This document shows, in pieces, positions 51,756-63,095 of a DNA stretch of 64,000 bases; within the stretch, counting starts at the first letter, position 1; each line of letters begins with the position of its first letter. The notes below the pieces were generated by a model. It did no database searches. It saw only the letters and a list, made by a program, of their open reading frames with translations, and was not told the DNA's origin. Location: NCBI GenBank assembly GCA_963733035.1, contig CAVTBU010000005.1, positions 1,696,001-1,760,000 of the forward strand. The letters are read 5' to 3'. The stretch comes from Pirellulales bacterium (GTDB lineage: Bacteria > Planctomycetota > Planctomycetia > Pirellulales > PALSA-1355). Position numbers and translations under genes: made by a program.

Positions 51756-51827
51756 CGGCAGTTCCAGGGAGCAAAGCAGTGACTCTAGGCATTATTGGCG
51801 TGCAGTCCGCCGGGGCAAACCGAACGC

Positions 51828-52895
51828 CTAGGACTTCGTGACTGCCGCGGCGATTGCTTCGCGCGTCACCGGTTCGATCACGCCACGCTCGCAGATAATG
51901 GCCTTGATCAATCGGGCGGGAGTGACGTCGAAGGCTGGGTTGTAAACTTCAACTCCCTCGGGAGCCGTGGCGCGGCCGAAGCCGTGGGTGACCTCGCGAG
52001 GATCGCGCTGTTCGATCGGAATATCGCTGCCGTCGGCCAGCGAGAGGTCGAAGGTGCTGGTGGGGGCGGCCACATAGAACGGAATTTCGTGCGCGGCGGC
52101 CAAGAGTGCCACGCCGTAGGTGCCAATCTTGTTGGCCGTATCACCGTTTGCGGCGATCCGGTCGGCGCCGGTCACAACCGCTTGCACGCGTCCCTCGCGC
52201 ATGACTTGTGCCGCCATGGAATCGCAAATCAGCGTAACTTCGATTCCACGTCGTTGAAGTTCCCAGGTCGTGAGTCGCGCGCCTTGCAACAACGGGCGAG
52301 TTTCATCGGCATAGATGTGCAATCGCTTGCCGGATTCCTCCGCCGCGAAGAACACGGCCAGCGCCGTGCCGTAGTCGGACGTGGCCAGTCCGCCGGCATT
52401 GCAATGCGTCAACACGCCCTGACCATCGGCTAGCAGCGCGGCGCCGCGGCGGCCAATTGCGCGGCACATCTGGCGGTCTTCGGCTTCGATGGTCCGGGCT
52501 TCGGCAAGCAGGGCGGCAAGGATCTCGCCCGGTGGCCTGTCCGACAAGCGATGCCCGGCGGCGCGCATCCGGTCCAGGGCCCAGAACAGGTTGACGGCGG
52601 TGGGACGGCTGGTAGCGAGGTAGTCGGCAACCTCATCAAGCCGGGCCAGCAGGACACTGCCGCCGGCGGCCAGTGCGGGTCGCACGCCGAGGCAAACACC
52701 GTAGGCCGCCGCGACTCCAATCGCCGGAGCGCCGCGGACGCGAAGCGATTTGATGGCTTCCCAGACAGTTTCCGCGTCGTGGCAATCGACGTAGCTCAAC
52801 TCGCCGGGCAGCTGTGTTTGATCGATGAGTCTCAGGTAGCCATCGGCATCGCCGACCCAGGCCAGTGTGGCGACCGCAGCATTGGAAGCATTCAT
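51828..52895 (-). CDS. mtnA: S-methyl-5-thioribose-1-phosphate isomerase
   Basis: VRGAPAIG, RPTAVNL, THCNAGGLAT, ETRPLLQGARLT, NKIGTY, NPAFDVTP. Confidence 0.96.
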   Translation of the reverse strand: MNASNAAVATLAWVGDADGYLRLIDQTQLPGELSYVDCHDAETVWEAIKSLRVRGAPAIGVAAAYGVCLGVRPALAAGGSVLLARLDEVADYLATSRPTAVNLFWALDRMRAAGHRLSDRPPGEILAALLAEARTIEAEDRQMCRAIGRRGAALLADGQGVLTHCNAGGLATSDYGTALAVFFAAEESGKRLHIYADETRPLLQGARLTTWELQRRGIEVTLICDSMAAQVMREGRVQAVVTGADRIAANGDTANKIGTYGVALLAAAHEIPFYVAAPTSTFDLSLADGSDIPIEQRDPREVTHGFGRATAPEGVEVYNPAFDVTPARLIKAIICERGVIEPVTREAIAAAVTKS

Positions 52896-52950
52896 CCCCC
52901 AAGTCTAGCAGGGAGGTCGGCGGACGATCAGACAGGATTGATAGCGCTCG

Positions 52951-54306
52951 TCAAAACATGCCGCCACCCATTCCGCCGCCCATCATGCCGCCACCCATGC
53001 CACCCATCATCCCGCCCCCCATGCCGCCGCCACCCATCATTCCACCCCCCATTCCGCCACCCATGCCACCCATCATCCCGCCCCCCATCATGCCCATGCC
53101 ACCCATCATTCCGCCTCCCATCATGGAGCGAATGGGGATGACCAGATCGGCCACGGGGTAGGCCTTGGTGACGAGCTCGGTTTCGGCCTTGTCTTGCGTG
53201 GTAATCAGCAAGACTTCGTCCTTGACGATGTAGGTGAGGTCGTACTCGCCGAGCAGCAGCCGCAAGGCGGACTTGAGCGAGATGCCGTTGACGTTTCTGG
53301 TGACCGGCGTCTCGGAGCCAACGCCCGCGTCTTCCAACGCGCGGTTGTCGAGTTGGATTTCGATGTCGTGGTAGTCCTTGAGGTAGGCCACCGCGTCCTG
53401 CAACGGCATTTCGGTGAACTCCATCCTGGTCGGCGACTCCAGGGCTTCCTGAATCTTCTTCTCGGCGGGCGAGACCTTTTTCAAATCGGTCGAAACGTAC
53501 CGCTTCCGCCGCTCCGTCAGCTCTTGCCAGAGGTCCGCCGGCGGATAGACCACGGGCTGATCATCGGGAAACGGCATCAGCGCCACCTCGACCGTTCCCA
53601 GGGTATCCACCACGGCTTTCTGCCGTGCCATTCGCAACGCCAGGTCCGCCTGCCGGGCGCCGGTCATATGAGCCGTCAAGGCGGCCGATTGCCCGATCGG
53701 CAAGTTGGGATCGAGGTGGGCCACCTCCATCTCGCCGATTTCATCCGCCGCCACGTAGCGGCCTTCCTCCATCAGCGAATTGAAGCGATCCATCAGTTGC
53801 TTCACTTTCTCTTCCTTGCGAACCAGCGCCTGGCCGATGCGCATGCGATCGAGTGAGGCGGCCTCGGCGACCTCGCGTTGGCGGTCGAGGGTGTCCTTGG
53901 TCACCTCGACGCGTGACGCCTCGCGTAGCGCGGCTTCCAGTTGCCTGCGCAATTGCGCGCGAACTTCGGCCTTCAGTTCGGGCGTTTTGACCACGCGCTC
54001 CATCACGAGTTTCAGCGATTGGCGGACTTCCTCCGGGTTGTCCGCCATTTTGGCCCGCGCCGCGCGCAGCGCGCTCTCGGTCTCGGTTTCGACCTGCTGC
54101 GTGACAAGGCGGCGGCGTTGTTCGAGCGTCTCGAGCAGGCGTCCCGGCGGTTCATCACGTTCCGTCATTTCGCCGCTGCGAGACGGCAGCGCGGCAAAGC
54201 GGTAACGCGGTTTGGAACTGCGTGGCGCCTGGGCAAGTGCGACCGCGCTGCCAAGGCTGAAGAAGGCCACAAAAACCAACAGTCCGCCACGTTTCGAGTA
54301 AAACAT
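52951..54306 (-). CDS. Secreted coiled-coil + STN-like domain protein with Gly/Met tail (copy 1)
   Basis: Signal peptide (ALA-Q); STN-like EFTEMPLQDAVAYLKDYHDIEIQLD...ISLKSALRLLL...YPVADLV; GGM-repeat tail. Confidence 0.8.
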   Translation of the reverse strand: MFYSKRGGLLVFVAFFSLGSAVALAQAPRSSKPRYRFAALPSRSGEMTERDEPPGRLLETLEQRRRLVTQQVETETESALRAARAKMADNPEEVRQSLKLVMERVVKTPELKAEVRAQLRRQLEAALREASRVEVTKDTLDRQREVAEAASLDRMRIGQALVRKEEKVKQLMDRFNSLMEEGRYVAADEIGEMEVAHLDPNLPIGQSAALTAHMTGARQADLALRMARQKAVVDTLGTVEVALMPFPDDQPVVYPPADLWQELTERRKRYVSTDLKKVSPAEKKIQEALESPTRMEFTEMPLQDAVAYLKDYHDIEIQLDNRALEDAGVGSETPVTRNVNGISLKSALRLLLGEYDLTYIVKDEVLLITTQDKAETELVTKAYPVADLVIPIRSMMGGGMMGGMGMMGGGMMGGMGGGMGGGMMGGGGMGGGMMGGMGGGMMGGGMGGGMF

Positions 54307-54852
54307 GACACACCCTCAGGCTGAAGTGACTTGAGTCGTCAGCGCTGACAGCAGGTGCTTTGGTTGTGTCAATCACCACGACTCAACAATTGTCGAGGCT
54401 ACTTCTGCCGCATTCGCATATCCAGCGCACGATCGCGCGACGCAAGCTGCGAACTTTTCATTTGAACCACCAAAAACAACGATGTGGTTCGAGTGGAAAA
54501 ACCGCTCAGTTTCGCGGTAAAAATGGCCCACGCTCGTTAAAGAACGCGAAGTCGCGCGCCCATTTGGCCTTTAGAAATGCTGTCCGATTTTTAATCGAGA
54601 CGCGGCCGAATTTATTTTCTGCAAGAATCATTATCCTTACGATCCTGCAAGGCTTTGGTGCCGCAAGGATCTTCGTTAGAGACGCACCACGTGGCTCCGC
54701 TCGCAGACGGATTCCGCTGCGCGGCAATCGACGCAAGCCAACTCAACCGATAGCTTTGTTTGATCGACGAGTCTCGGCATTGCCGATCCAGGCCAATTCG
54801 GTGCCGGCAGCAGGGCGGTTCGCGGACGATCAGACAGGATTAACGACGGCTG

Positions 54853-56189
54853 TCAAAACATGCCGCGTCCCATGCCGCCACCCATGCCACCCATCATCCC
54901 GCCCCCCATGCCGCCGCCACCCATCATTCCACCCCCCATGCCGCCACCCATGCCACCCATCATCCCGCCTCCCATCATTCCGCCACCCATCATGCCACCG
55001 CGCATCATGGAGCGAATGGGGATGACCAGATCGGCCACGGGGTAGGCCTTGGTGACGAGCTCGGTTTCGGCCTTGTCTTGCGTGGTAATCAGCAAGACTT
55101 CGTCCTTGACGATGTAGGTGAGGTCGTACTCGCCGAGCAGCAGCCGCAAGGCGGACTTGAGCGAGATGCCGTTGACGTTTCTGGTGACCGGCGTCTCGGA
55201 GCCAACGCCCGCGTCTTCCAACGCGCGGTTGTCGAGTTGGATTTCGATGTCGTGGTAGTCCTTGAGGTAGGCCACCGCGTCCTGCAACGGCATTTCGGTG
55301 AACTCCATCCTGGTCGGCGACTCCAGGGCTTCCTGAATCTTCTTCTCGGCGGGCGAGACCTTTTTCAAATCGGTCGAAACGTACCGCTTCCGCCGCTCCG
55401 TCAGCTCTTGCCAGAGGTCCGCCGGCGGATAGACCACGGGCTGATCATCGGGAAACGGCATCAGCGCCACCTCGACCGTTCCCAGGGTATCCACCACGGC
55501 TTTCTGCCGTGCCATTCGCAACGCCAGGTCCGCCTGCCGGGCGCCGGTCATATGAGCCGTCAAGGCGGCCGATTGCCCGATCGGCAAGTTGGGATCGAGG
55601 TGGGCCACCTCCATCTCGCCGATTTCATCCGCCGCCACGTAGCGGCCTTCCTCCATCAGCGAATTGAAGCGATCCATCAGTTGCTTCACTTTCTCTTCCT
55701 TGCGAACCAGCGCCTGGCCGATGCGCATGCGATCGAGTGAGGCGGCCTCGGCGACCTCGCGTTGGCGGTCGAGGGTGTCCTTGGTCACCTCGACGCGTGA
55801 CGCCTCGCGTAGCGCGGCTTCCAGTTGCCTGCGCAATTGCGCGCGAACTTCGGCCTTCAGTTCGGGCGTTTTGACCACGCGCTCCATCACGAGTTTCAGC
55901 GATTGGCGGACTTCCTCCGGGTTGTCCGCCATTTTGGCCCGCGCCGCGCAAGCGCGCTCTCGGTCTCGGTTTCGACCTGCTGCGTGACAAGGCGGCGGCG
56001 TTGTTCGAGCGTCTCGAGCAGGCGTCCCGGCGGTTCATCACGTTCCGTCATTTCGCCGCTGCGAGACGGCAGCGCGGCAAAGCGGTAACGCGGTTTGGAA
56101 CTGCGTGGCGCCTGGGCAAGTGCGACCGCGCTGCCAAGGCTGAAGAGGAGCAAGAATGACAACAACCCGCCGAACTTTGAGCAAAACAT
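54853..56189 (-). CDS. Paralog of 52951-54306 (copy 2); 1-nt frameshift at ~55948
   Basis: Identical core protein; plus strand CCGCGCAAGCG versus CCGCGCGCAGCG in copy 1. Confidence 0.75.
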
Positions 56190-56681
56190 GACATCCCCCC
56201 CTGGCTTCAGTGACGTGAGTCGCCAGCGCGACACCAGGAAACTCGGGTCCTGTCGCTCATTCGACTCCGCATCGTCGAGCCTACTGATTGAGTATCTGCG
56301 TTACCAACGTCCAATCGCGCGGAGCTTGCCGCGGACATTGTGTTTGAGATGTCCAAAAAAAGTCGGGCTTTGAAGGGCGAATTCGGCAAGATACCCGGCC
56401 AACACAGCCCAAGTTGGTTGCCGGCAGCCGAGTTGTGTTCCGTTTGGCTCACTAAAATGCTGTCCGAGTTTTAACCGGGACGCGGCCAAAATTAATTTGT
56501 GAACTAATGATTCGTCTTACGATCCCGCAAGGTTTTGCGGCGGCAGCGGTCAGCGATGCTGGTCGACGGTTCGCCGACGCGCGCCGCTATGACAGCCCTC
56601 GCCGGCTCTTTGCAACCGCTGGGGCACGTGCTAACCTACCGAACGGACGGTAGGTATACGGTGCCCAGTGCGAGCGACGTC

Positions 56682-57152
56682 ATGCAATCCAGCGAACTAC
56701 CAGCGGCCGTGGCCAAGCTGCTCGAAGGTTACCCGATCGTGGTGACCACGATGGTCGCTTGGGGCGATATGGACGCCAACCGGCACGTGAACAACGTCAT
56801 CTACTTTCGCTACATCGAACACGCGCGGCTGCACTACTTCGGCGTGTTGGGCTTTTCGCAATCGCAGCAGGAGACCGGCGTCGGCCCGATTCTGGCCTGG
56901 GCCGACTGTCGCTTTCGCCGGCCGCTCGACTATCCCGATACGGTTTCGATCGGAACGCGAATTCGCGACGTCGAGAGCGACCGCTTCTTGATGGACTCGG
57001 TCATCGTCAGCCACAAACTGGGCGACATTGCGGCCCACGGGCAGCAAAAGCTGGTATCGTACGACTACCGTCTGAATCAGAAGGCGCCGCTCCCCGAACA
57101 AGTGCGCCGGCGAATCGCGGAAATCGAAGCGGGCCGTGGTTCGCAAGAATAA
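56682..57152 (+). CDS. Acyl-CoA thioesterase (4HBT/YbgC hotdog fold)
   Basis: WGDMDANRHVNNVIYFRYIEHAR, CRFRRPLDYPD. Confidence 0.92.
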   Translation: MQSSELPAAVAKLLEGYPIVVTTMVAWGDMDANRHVNNVIYFRYIEHARLHYFGVLGFSQSQQETGVGPILAWADCRFRRPLDYPDTVSIGTRIRDVESDRFLMDSVIVSHKLGDIAAHGQQKLVSYDYRLNQKAPLPEQVRRRIAEIEAGRGSQE

Positions 57153-57206
57153 GCCCCAGCCATTCACCTACAAACCTTCTCCATAACTCAAGAGCGGACA
57201 GGACCC

Positions 57207-57971
57207 ATGAGCAATACGATCAAACTCGATGGCCGCGTGGCCATCGTCACCGGCGGCGGCCGCGGGATTGGCAAGGCGATTACCAAGCGACTGGCCGCGG
57301 CCGGCGCCAACGTGGCCATCGCCAGCCGCAAGCTGGAAAACCTGCAGGCCACGGCCGACGAATTCGCCGACTTGCCCGGCAAGATCCTGCCCGTCGAGTG
57401 CCACGTCGGTCGCAAGGATCAACTCGAGAACCTGGTGGCCACGGTCGAGAAGGAATTCGGACCCACCGACATCTTGGTGAACAACAGCGCCACGAACATC
57501 GGCCAGGGGCCGTCGCTCGACGTGACCGACGAAATGATCGACAAGATGGTTGAAGTGAACATCAAGGCCGCCGTTCGTCTCGTCCGTTTGACCGTGCCCG
57601 GCATGATGAAAAAGAACAAGGGCTCCATCGTCAACATCGCCTCGATCGCCGGCCTGCACCCGCAGCCAGGCGGGCTGTTGTACAGCTTCACGAAGGCCGG
57701 CCTGATCATGATGACGCGCACCTGGGCGTGCGAGTTTGGAAAAAAAGGCGTCCGCGTGAACGCGATCGCTCCCGGCTTGATTCAGACTGATTTCAGCGAG
57801 TTTTTCTGGAAGAACGAAGGTCACGTCAAGCGTCTGGAGGCCACGCAGCCGATTCCGAGGGTCGGCCAGATCGATGAGATTGGCTTTGGCGCTCTTTACC
57901 TGGCGTCGGATGAATCCTCATTCGTGACGGGTCAGGTTCTCGTGATCGACGGCGGTGCCACGGCGATGTAA
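57207..57971 (+). CDS. SDR family oxidoreductase
   Basis: [29 protein letters not shown]. Confidence 0.93.
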   Translation: MSNTIKLDGRVAIVTGGGRGIGKAITKRLAAAGANVAIASRKLENLQATADEFADLPGKILPVECHVGRKDQLENLVATVEKEFGPTDILVNNSATNIGQGPSLDVTDEMIDKMVEVNIKAAVRLVRLTVPGMMKKNKGSIVNIASIAGLHPQPGGLLYSFTKAGLIMMTRTWACEFGKKGVRVNAIAPGLIQTDFSEFFWKNEGHVKRLEATQPIPRVGQIDEIGFGALYLASDESSFVTGQVLVIDGGATAM

Positions 57972-58007
57972 GCGGCACCCGATCAAAGCACTACGCGAAC
58001 CAAGAAA

Positions 58008-58042
58008 CAGGGCACGCGACGACCGATTCGCCGCGTGCCCTG
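58008..58042 (-). terminator. Hairpin terminator between convergent genes
   Basis: CAGGGCACGCG/CGCGTGCCCTG stem followed by TTTCTT on the minus strand. Confidence 0.65.
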
Positions 58043-58078
58043 CTCGTTGTTACAACCCTGTGCGTTGTGACGACAAGG

Positions 58079-58480
58079 TCACTTGCTGAGGGCCACGTTT
58101 GCGTGGCAGCAAGTCTCGCCGCTTTCGCAGCAGGCTGCCAACTCCTCGCAGCAACCGGCCGTGAGGGCCGTTTGCTTGTCGTCGTCCGTGCCGCAGCAGG
58201 CCTTGGCCTCCTCGCAGCATGACTCTCCGTCGCTGCAGCAGGCCTGAGGCGTATCGCAGCACTCCTTGCCTTTGTCGCAGCAAGCCATGCCCTTGTCGCA
58301 GCAGCCGAGCTTGGCAGGAGCGGCGCAACAGGCCGACCCTTCCTTGCAACAGGCAAGCTTGGCATCGCAACAGTTCTTCTTGGCCTGCGGTGCGGCATCC
58401 GCCGCCCAAACCGTGGCCACAAGTAGCGCTCCGACAGCGAGCAATCCGCTTGCCAGAGCCAAATGCGTCTTCGTAAACAT
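58079..58480 (-). CDS. Secreted Cys-Cys-repeat (metallothionein-like) protein
   Basis: GGAGA RBS; signal peptide ending VWA; 12 CC pairs (24 Cys) in four CC-x5-CC-x5-CC modules. Confidence 0.8.
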   Translation of the reverse strand: MFTKTHLALASGLLAVGALLVATVWAADAAPQAKKNCCDAKLACCKEGSACCAAPAKLGCCDKGMACCDKGKECCDTPQACCSDGESCCEEAKACCGTDDDKQTALTAGCCEELAACCESGETCCHANVALSK

Positions 58481-58594
58481 GAGAATATCTCCAATTGCTA
58501 ATCGTTAGAAAAACGGAACCGTGGTAGAAATCGCCAGGCGCGCACGGCAAAACCGTTTGAAAACATCAAGCGGAAAGCGATGCGCGCGGCACGA

Positions 58595-58990
58595 TTACAA
58601 GCGCCACTGGCAATGGAGAATTTGCAGCGGTGGAGCTTCCGCAATGGTGAAACTCGCATGCGCGACCGGAGAGATCGCCAACGCATTTGGAAGCGGCAGC
58701 ATGTCGAATGCCATCAACGGCTGCGCTTCGGCCAAGGGCTTTTCCACCCCCGGAGCGATCGGATCGAGCCGGCAGCAGTCGCCTCGACAGGGCTCGCCGT
58801 TGCCAGGTGCCGGCTGTTCCGCCGGTACGCTTTGTTCCGCACAACACGAGCGGACCGGCTCGGTAGCCGCTTGCGGTTCGGCCGCGTCTTGTTTGACGTG
58901 GCACGGGCTGGCAAGGAAGGCACAGGGCGACAGCGGAAATGCCACCGTCACCATGCAGAGCCAGACCAGCGTTGTGCCCAATGCGTGCAT
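58595..58990 (-). CDS. Cys-containing upstream ORF, putative metal-sensing leader peptide
   Basis: Hydrophobic N-terminus, SCC and CRGDCC motifs, Pro/Ala-rich linker, C-terminal PPLQILHCQWRL; TATAAT 6 nt before the ATG. Confidence 0.6.
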   Translation of the reverse strand: MHALGTTLVWLCMVTVAFPLSPCAFLASPCHVKQDAAEPQAATEPVRSCCAEQSVPAEQPAPGNGEPCRGDCCRLDPIAPGVEKPLAEAQPLMAFDMLPLPNALAISPVAHASFTIAEAPPLQILHCQWRL

Positions 58991-59078
58991 ATCAGGATTA
59001 TACGAACGCGGCTGCCGGAAGTTCGTTAAACAGCTTGCTGGTTCGCACGAACCGGACGCAAACAACAACCGCAAAGCG

Positions 59079-60206
59079 TTAGCTGCAAATAGTTTGTTTC
59101 TGTTGGAGCGCCGCCAGTGAAATTACCGGCAGCTTTTCGACGGGGAGATCGGCCAAGGTCTGCGATGACTCGGCCGGAAGAATAATCCGACCCTGGCTAC
59201 CTGCCAAGAGCGTTTCCCACCGCTCGCGTCCAAAGGCTGGGCCGACACCCCGAAGCGACGGCGCCATTTGCGCCGGCGATCCTGGCGGAAGCTGCACCAT
59301 ATGGCTGGCCTGCTCGACCATGCCGGAGGCCCGCTGAGGGTCATTGCCCAGGTGCAGCACCACGCACAACTGCGGCTGCTGGGGATGGGTTGCGATGGCC
59401 TCGCATAGCTCGCGCATCTGCCCATGCAGCGCCTTCGGCGGTTGATTCCAATCGGGAAAAGCCACCAGGTTGATCTCGCGCAATTGCAACGTGGCTCGTA
59501 TGGCTTGGAATCGTGCCTGCCGCAGTGCATCAAAGAGGCCGCGATAGATCCACAAATAGTGTTCCGGATGCACCAGCGACAGCGGCGGCAGATTGCCATC
59601 GGCCTCGAATACCGCCGCCAGCGGTGGATAGTCATGCAGACGCTGGCGCTGCACGTAAAAGAGCAGGTTTTGCGAATACCAGCGGGCAACCTCCGTGTTC
59701 CGCCAGAGCTTTCGCCGCAAGGCATCGACGGCCACGTAGTCATGCCGAGCAAACAAGCGGTACCAATACTCGGGCCACTGTTCGTTGATATGGTCTTCGC
59801 CCTGTTGAAATGGTATCGCGGCCGAAAACAAAACGACCGGGGCCAGCCCGACCAGCGAATCCACGAGTGTTTGTGCACTCTCGCTCGGCAAGTGCTCTGC
59901 AACTTCCAGGCACATCGCCAAGTCGAATCGGCGATCGAGGTGCAGCGGCTGCGTCAGCTCGTGGGCCACGAACCGCTGGGGCTCGATCAACAATTGCGTT
60001 TGCGAAACGTAGCTGCCATCGACGCCGAGATAGTCCGTTATGCCCGCCGCCTCGATTTCGCTTAGCCAGGTACCGATGCCGCAGCCGACGTCGACCACGC
60101 TTTTGACAGGCACCATCTTCAGCAGCAACGGTACTGTTTGTGCGGCGCTCTGCCGCGACAACGACTCGTGCTGGGCGAAGAAGGCGGAGTCGTAATGGTT
60201 ACTCAT
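59079..60206 (-). CDS. Class I SAM-dependent methyltransferase with extra C-terminal domain
   Basis: VVDVGCGIG motif I, FDLAMCLEVAEHL, HINEQWPEYW. Confidence 0.85.
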   Translation of the reverse strand: MSNHYDSAFFAQHESLSRQSAAQTVPLLLKMVPVKSVVDVGCGIGTWLSEIEAAGITDYLGVDGSYVSQTQLLIEPQRFVAHELTQPLHLDRRFDLAMCLEVAEHLPSESAQTLVDSLVGLAPVVLFSAAIPFQQGEDHINEQWPEYWYRLFARHDYVAVDALRRKLWRNTEVARWYSQNLLFYVQRQRLHDYPPLAAVFEADGNLPPLSLVHPEHYLWIYRGLFDALRQARFQAIRATLQLREINLVAFPDWNQPPKALHGQMRELCEAIATHPQQPQLCVVLHLGNDPQRASGMVEQASHMVQLPPGSPAQMAPSLRGVGPAFGRERWETLLAGSQGRIILPAESSQTLADLPVEKLPVISLAALQQKQTICS

Positions 60207-60225
60207 ACATGCCACGCAGGCGGCA

Positions 60226-62694
<2,469 letters not shown>

Positions 62695-62698
<4 letters not shown>

Positions 62699-62991
62699 CG
62701 GCCGGTCTCCTGTTCTTCTGGTGCGGCCAATTTATCGCGTTCGCTTCGCCGCGTGCGCACCCCATCGAGCCACATGGCCCCGAACGTGGCCGCACCCAAT
62801 AGCCCCAGTTCACCCGCCATGACCGACACGCCGTGGCGGTCTAGCAGGCTCATCAGCCCGGGCCCTTCGTCGGTTTGGGCCACGGCGCGATAGGCCATCG
62901 TGCCATAGGCAAACGTGGTCACGGCGAACGCCACGCCCAAAGCAATCACCAGGGCATAAAACGGATTGAACGGTTCTTTCGGTTTGGCCAC
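62695..62991 (-). CDS. Small two-TM membrane protein
   Basis: NPFYALVIALGVAFAVTTFAY and a second hydrophobic helix; stop overlaps the cupin start. Confidence 0.65.
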
Positions 62992-63095
62992 ACGAAATCC
63001 TGCTTCGACAACAAGAGCCGCCATTTGCGGCCGTCAAGCAATTATAGCAGCCGTACCGACGGGCGAGAGAGGGGTGCTGCGACGGGCAGCATTGC

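Larger units (their letters stand above)
52907..56536. repeat. Tandem duplication, period ~1884 bp
   Basis: Core 53119-54263 matches 55003-56146; homologous but diverged flanks from 52907/54809 to about 54656/56536. Confidence 0.95.

Noticed and set aside
52951..53125. Pro/Met-rich plus-strand ORFs (MPPPIPPPIMPPP...), also at 54860-55045
   Set aside because: Simply the reverse complement of the Gly/Met tail codons
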